A stretch of 64,000 bases of DNA, taken from assembly GCA_965219415.1 (NCBI GenBank), contig CBDCNP010000002.1, forward strand, positions 2,272,001-2,336,000. Direction: 5' to 3'. This DNA is from Candidatus Marinacidobacterales bacterium. Its GTDB lineage: Bacteria > Acidobacteriota > Vicinamibacteria > Marinacidobacterales > DATDRI01. Under the pieces are notes generated by a model. That model was not told the origin of the DNA and did no database searches. It saw nothing but the letters and a program-made list of their open reading frames with translations. The position numbers and the translations under genes were made by a program. Shown one piece after another: positions 60,535-64,000 of this stretch (its first letter is position 1; each line of letters starts with the position of its first letter).

Positions 60535-61520
60535 TAGTTGCCCTCCACAAAACTCCTCAGGCTATTCAACAAATTGTCTTCTACCTCTATCTCATTACTC
60601 TCCAATACTCTTGATCTAATCCTATCTCCACGCTCCCCTGGAACCATGACTTGGTCTACTCCTTCGAGCTTCTTTGCTCGTTTCATCGCCATGGTCATCT
60701 TGGTGGTTTCTTCTATGAATCTCTGCATTCCAATCATAGCTTCGGGGTTGATCGCAATTACGACGTTGCCATCATTGTCGCTTTTGTTTAGAAAATCCCC
60801 ACCAACCAAAGCCCCTCCAATGATCTGAACCATTAGAGCAAGCCCGGCGCCTTTGACTCCTTTATCAAACGGTCGTATCGCTCCTTCCATTATTTCTGCA
60901 GGATCTGTTGTGTCGTTTCCCTCTTTGTCATAGCCAAGCCCTTCAGTTACTTGGACTCCTTGTGTCTGTGCTTCCAGTAAACCAAAGTAGGATATGCCTG
61001 ATGATGACATATCCATGACAATGGGTTCGTTATCAGTCGGAACAGCCCAAGCTACTGGATTGGTACAAAACAAAGGCTCATAAGAGCCGTGAGGAGGTAC
61101 CATCCCGAAAGGGTAACTTGACATGGTAATGCCAACCAAACCTGCGTCCGCGATCTTTCGTGACCAGTAACCAATGGCACCAGAGGATCCATCACCCGTA
61201 TGTATCCCTACGATTGCTATACCCATCTCTTTAGCTTTTCGTATTACCATGTTGACGGCTTGTTCCATGGCAACGGCTTCCATTGAAAGATTGGCGTTGA
61301 TTATTGCGGTAGTTGGGGTTTCTTTTTCTATGGTTGGTGTTTGTGCCTTTCGATGTCGTGGCATTCCTTTGCCAATTAATTTAACAATGCCTTGATTGTT
61401 TCCTCTCATTTGAGCATACATGAGCATATCCAGAATTATTGTGGCTTCTTCTTCTGGGTAGCCATACTTGGAAAGTGCTCTCTTTGAGAGGTCTGTTAGT
61501 TCTTGGAGTGATATCTTCAC
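60534..61520 (-). CDS. Ldh_2-family (malate/L-lactate/ureidoglycolate-type) oxidoreductase
   Basis: GAIGYW, FCTNPVAWAVP, MDMSSS, KGAGLA, VPGER; GGAGG RBS before GTG. Confidence 0.85.
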   Translation of the reverse strand: MKISLQELTDLSKRALSKYGYPEEEATIILDMLMYAQMRGNNQGIVKLIGKGMPRHRKAQTPTIEKETPTTAIINANLSMEAVAMEQAVNMVIRKAKEMGIAIVGIHTGDGSSGAIGYWSRKIADAGLVGITMSSYPFGMVPPHGSYEPLFCTNPVAWAVPTDNEPIVMDMSSSGISYFGLLEAQTQGVQVTEGLGYDKEGNDTTDPAEIMEGAIRPFDKGVKGAGLALMVQIIGGALVGGDFLNKSDNDGNVVIAINPEAMIGMQRFIEETTKMTMAMKRAKKLEGVDQVMVPGERGDRIRSRVLESNEIEVEDNLLNSLRSFVEGN

Positions 61521-61850
61521 CGCACCCTCCTTTGTTTCCGGCGATTCCGCTTGGGTCCACGCGTTCAAAAACAGCCAATCCGCGTTCTGCTCAGCCGGGT
61601 CATCCCATTCCGGCCTGGTCCACATGGAATCGGGCGGAAAAGGGATTCACACCGAGCTGAAAGCGAGCTCGCTAGAACTCGCGGTCGGCCAGCGCAGATC
61701 AGCGAACCGGCGGCGCGAACGGGACGCCCCCGCTGTTTGTCTTGATGCAGTCATCAGGGCAAATGCACCGGATGCCAACAGCAGGAGCGTCTCGCTGGGA
61801 GGACGCTTCTCGGCCTGCCGGCCTCCACCCCTGGACACAGGCGGGGAGCG

Positions 61851-61904
61851 GGGACACGATCCGCCGGTCCCCGTCCCCTGACGGCGGCCGACGTATCGTG
61901 TCCC
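61851..61904. terminator. Stem-loop downstream of TonB receptor
   Basis: GGGACACGAT...ATCGTGTCCC with inner CCGCCG/CGGCGG; no clear U tract. Confidence 0.4.
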
Positions 61905-61922
61905 CGGTACCGCGCCTCTAGG

Positions 61923-64000
61923 TCAGAACCGGAACCTCGCGCCCACCTGCAGACGCCGCGGCAGTACGATGCGGCGGGGCAGGCCGACCACGGAGGAAGA
62001 CGCTGTGGTGCTTTGCACTCCCTCGGCTGCATCGTTGTTGAAGAGGTTGTACGCGTCCAGGAAGAGGTTCAGGTTCATTTGCTGGCCCAGATGGGCGGTC
62101 CACTGGACCCGCATATCAACCGTGTTCCGGTTGCCCCCACGGCGGTTGCCGTCCTTCTCCTCGAGCAAGATTCTCTCCCTTCCCAGTCCCGGGACTGAGA
62201 TTCTCTCTCGTAGTGCCCAAGGAAAGCCGGTGGAGTAGAAGTGGTTGGCCCCCACCAGGAAGTTCAACGGCAGCTGGACGAGCAGCTGCGTCTTGAACGT
62301 CGCCGGCCGGTCCCCGATCAGTAAACCGCCCATGTTGACGAAGTCGTTGGGGCTCTTGCCAGTGCTTCTCCAGGCGACACCGCCGTCCTGGCGGCCCCAA
62401 CCGTTTTGTGTCACGTTCGAGGCGAGCATGCCGTTGGACCTGACATTGGTAAAGGAACTGGTGAGCTGCCAATTGTTGGACATCCGCTTGGTCACCGCCA
62501 CGGAGAAGGCCTTTATCGTGGTGTCCATGAAGTCGGGGTTGCTCAGCAAGAAGAGCCGGTCCTCCGGATCGCTGTCCAATTGGGAGAGAGTGAGGGTGTT
62601 GCCGGTAGTGGGATCGGTGTGTTCGAACTGCGAGTAATCGCCGTTGACCTCCTGCCACGCGGGATGGTTGTTGCCCGTCTTGTGGCTGTAGGTCAGGCTC
62701 AATGCGAGGTCCGCGGGCAGCTCGCGCTCGAAGCCGACCACGAACGCGTCGGTCCACGTTGACCCGAAGTCGGGGTTTACCGCGACGTTTCCGGCGCCCC
62801 CGATGTTGGTCCCCCTCCCGTCACCCTCCAGCGTCCCAGCGTGGAAGTCCGCGGGGTCGTAGTAGCCTATGAAGGTGGACAGGTCCGTGGTCCCTATGTT
62901 GCCGGGGCCTCCGGCGAAATCCATGGTAACGATCCCGCGGTAGTAGCGACCGTAGTGACCCCTGAGAAGGGTCTTGCCATCATCGGTGAGCTGGTAAGTG
63001 ATGCCCAGCCTCGGGGCGAGGTTGTTCCAGGTCCAGAGGTTGTCGACCGCGGGGACCTCCTCATCGGTGGGGACTCCGGCGCGGTCCAGTATCGGCAGCG
63101 CGTTGACGCTGGCCCGGTCGCGGTCGTAGCGTAGGCCCAGCCTGAGCGTGACGCGGTCGTTCACCCGGAAGGTGTCGTCGACGAAGAACGATAAGCTGTT
63201 GGCGACGCCGGAGTAGGAGAAGGGCGAGTAGTCATAGCCAAAGACGTACTCCTCGCCGTTGTCGTCCAGGTAGAGGCCGAACCAGTCCGTATAGCCGACG
63301 ATGGCGTCGGGCCGCCCCGCCCGCTGGTACTGGACCCCGAACTTGAAGTCGTGGCTTCCGCCGAGGAAGTCGTCGGAATATTGGGTGAGGTGGGCGTTGA
63401 TGGAGGTCGAGGTTTCTTTTAAGTCATACCAGTAATCGGGGCCGCCCGTGTACAAGCAGGGGCCCAGCGAGCAGTCGCCCCCGTGGGCGGAGTTGTAGTA
63501 CACGGGCCCGTCCCGGCGTTGGGAAGGGTCGTCCGGGCCGTAGTGGTCTCTCCCGTAGAAGCCCCCGTACCGCACCTCGAGCAAGGTGTTTTCCGAGAGC
63601 AGGCCGGTGTAGGAGACGCTCGGTGTCGGCGAAATCCCGTACTCACGAGACAACCAACTCGGAGATAGGGTGGGGCCGCTGTTTGAGCCCCAGGAGTAGT
63701 TATCCATGGCGTACGAGCCCACTATTCTGTGCATGGGGTTGATCTGCCAGTTGAGCTTCCCGAAAACCGTCCAGTTCTTGCTCGTCAAGAAGAACTCAGG
63801 GGGGACGCCAGCGTCAGTGGTTTGGTCAAGCTTGTTCTGGTAGGAGCCGAAGAACCAGAGCTTGTCCTGCACGATGGGCCCGCCGAGCTGGGCGGTGAAA
63901 TCTCTGAACTTATGCCGGTTGAAGGGAAGGCCGTTGTCCGTCTCTTCGGTGGTGTTGCTCGAGGTCAACCCTTGCGTCTGGAGGTAGTAGGCGACGTCGC
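61923..64000 (-). CDS. TonB-dependent receptor (Oar-like), C-terminal barrel; 5' part outside window
   Basis: LGGPIVQDKLWFF, LGLRYD, APRLG, YNLFN, terminal QVGARFRF. Confidence 0.9.
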   Translation of the reverse strand, partial: DVAYYLQTQGLTSSNTTEETDNGLPFNRHKFRDFTAQLGGPIVQDKLWFFGSYQNKLDQTTDAGVPPEFFLTSKNWTVFGKLNWQINPMHRIVGSYAMDNYSWGSNSGPTLSPSWLSREYGISPTPSVSYTGLLSENTLLEVRYGGFYGRDHYGPDDPSQRRDGPVYYNSAHGGDCSLGPCLYTGGPDYWYDLKETSTSINAHLTQYSDDFLGGSHDFKFGVQYQRAGRPDAIVGYTDWFGLYLDDNGEEYVFGYDYSPFSYSGVANSLSFFVDDTFRVNDRVTLRLGLRYDRDRASVNALPILDRAGVPTDEEVPAVDNLWTWNNLAPRLGITYQLTDDGKTLLRGHYGRYYRGIVTMDFAGGPGNIGTTDLSTFIGYYDPADFHAGTLEGDGRGTNIGGAGNVAVNPDFGSTWTDAFVVGFERELPADLALSLTYSHKTGNNHPAWQEVNGDYSQFEHTDPTTGNTLTLSQLDSDPEDRLFLLSNPDFMDTTIKAFSVAVTKRMSNNWQLTSSFTNVRSNGMLASNVTQNGWGRQDGGVAWRSTGKSPNDFVNMGGLLIGDRPATFKTQLLVQLPLNFLVGANHFYSTGFPWALRERISVPGLGRERILLEEKDGNRRGGNRNTVDMRVQWTAHLGQQMNLNLFLDAYNLFNNDAAEGVQSTTASSSVVGLPRRIVLPRRLQVGARFRF

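Overview
GC-rich bacterial window. Gene content (acidobacterial VWA protein, Ser/Thr kinase-PD40 receptors with an ECF sigma factor, Oar-like TonB receptor) suggests Acidobacteriota, Vicinamibacteria-like; this is inference. It contains surface-glycan genes (several GT4s, wecA-like, UbiA-type phosphoribosyltransferase), osmoprotectant and Zn/Mn ABC transporters, core genes (pta, rpsU, purD, purE, rlmN), three type II TA pairs plus a Fic protein, two inverted IS5/IS903-group copies, an intact IS256 with an 8-bp target duplication, an IS91-like remnant and an amine/amino-acid catabolic cluster. The most striking property is gene scrambling: about ten abrupt mid-gene junctions. A ~643-bp piece missing from one kinase gene (~31590) reappears 9 kb away inside a GH13 gene (40414-41061), flanked by an AGAAG direct repeat, and a wecA-like gene has its middle inverted in place. 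Amplification or assembly chimerism is the conservative explanation and must be excluded first. Many single-base frameshifts also look like sequencing errors. Other candidates for new biology: a signal-peptide FHA protein coupled to a VWA protein; a five-GT4 operon with a stand-alone coiled-coil protein and charged disordered tails; an uncharacterised secreted gene pair; and a GcvT plus twin flavoprotein module. No CRISPR array, rRNA or convincing tRNA was seen. Family calls come from motif recognition by eye, not database searches.
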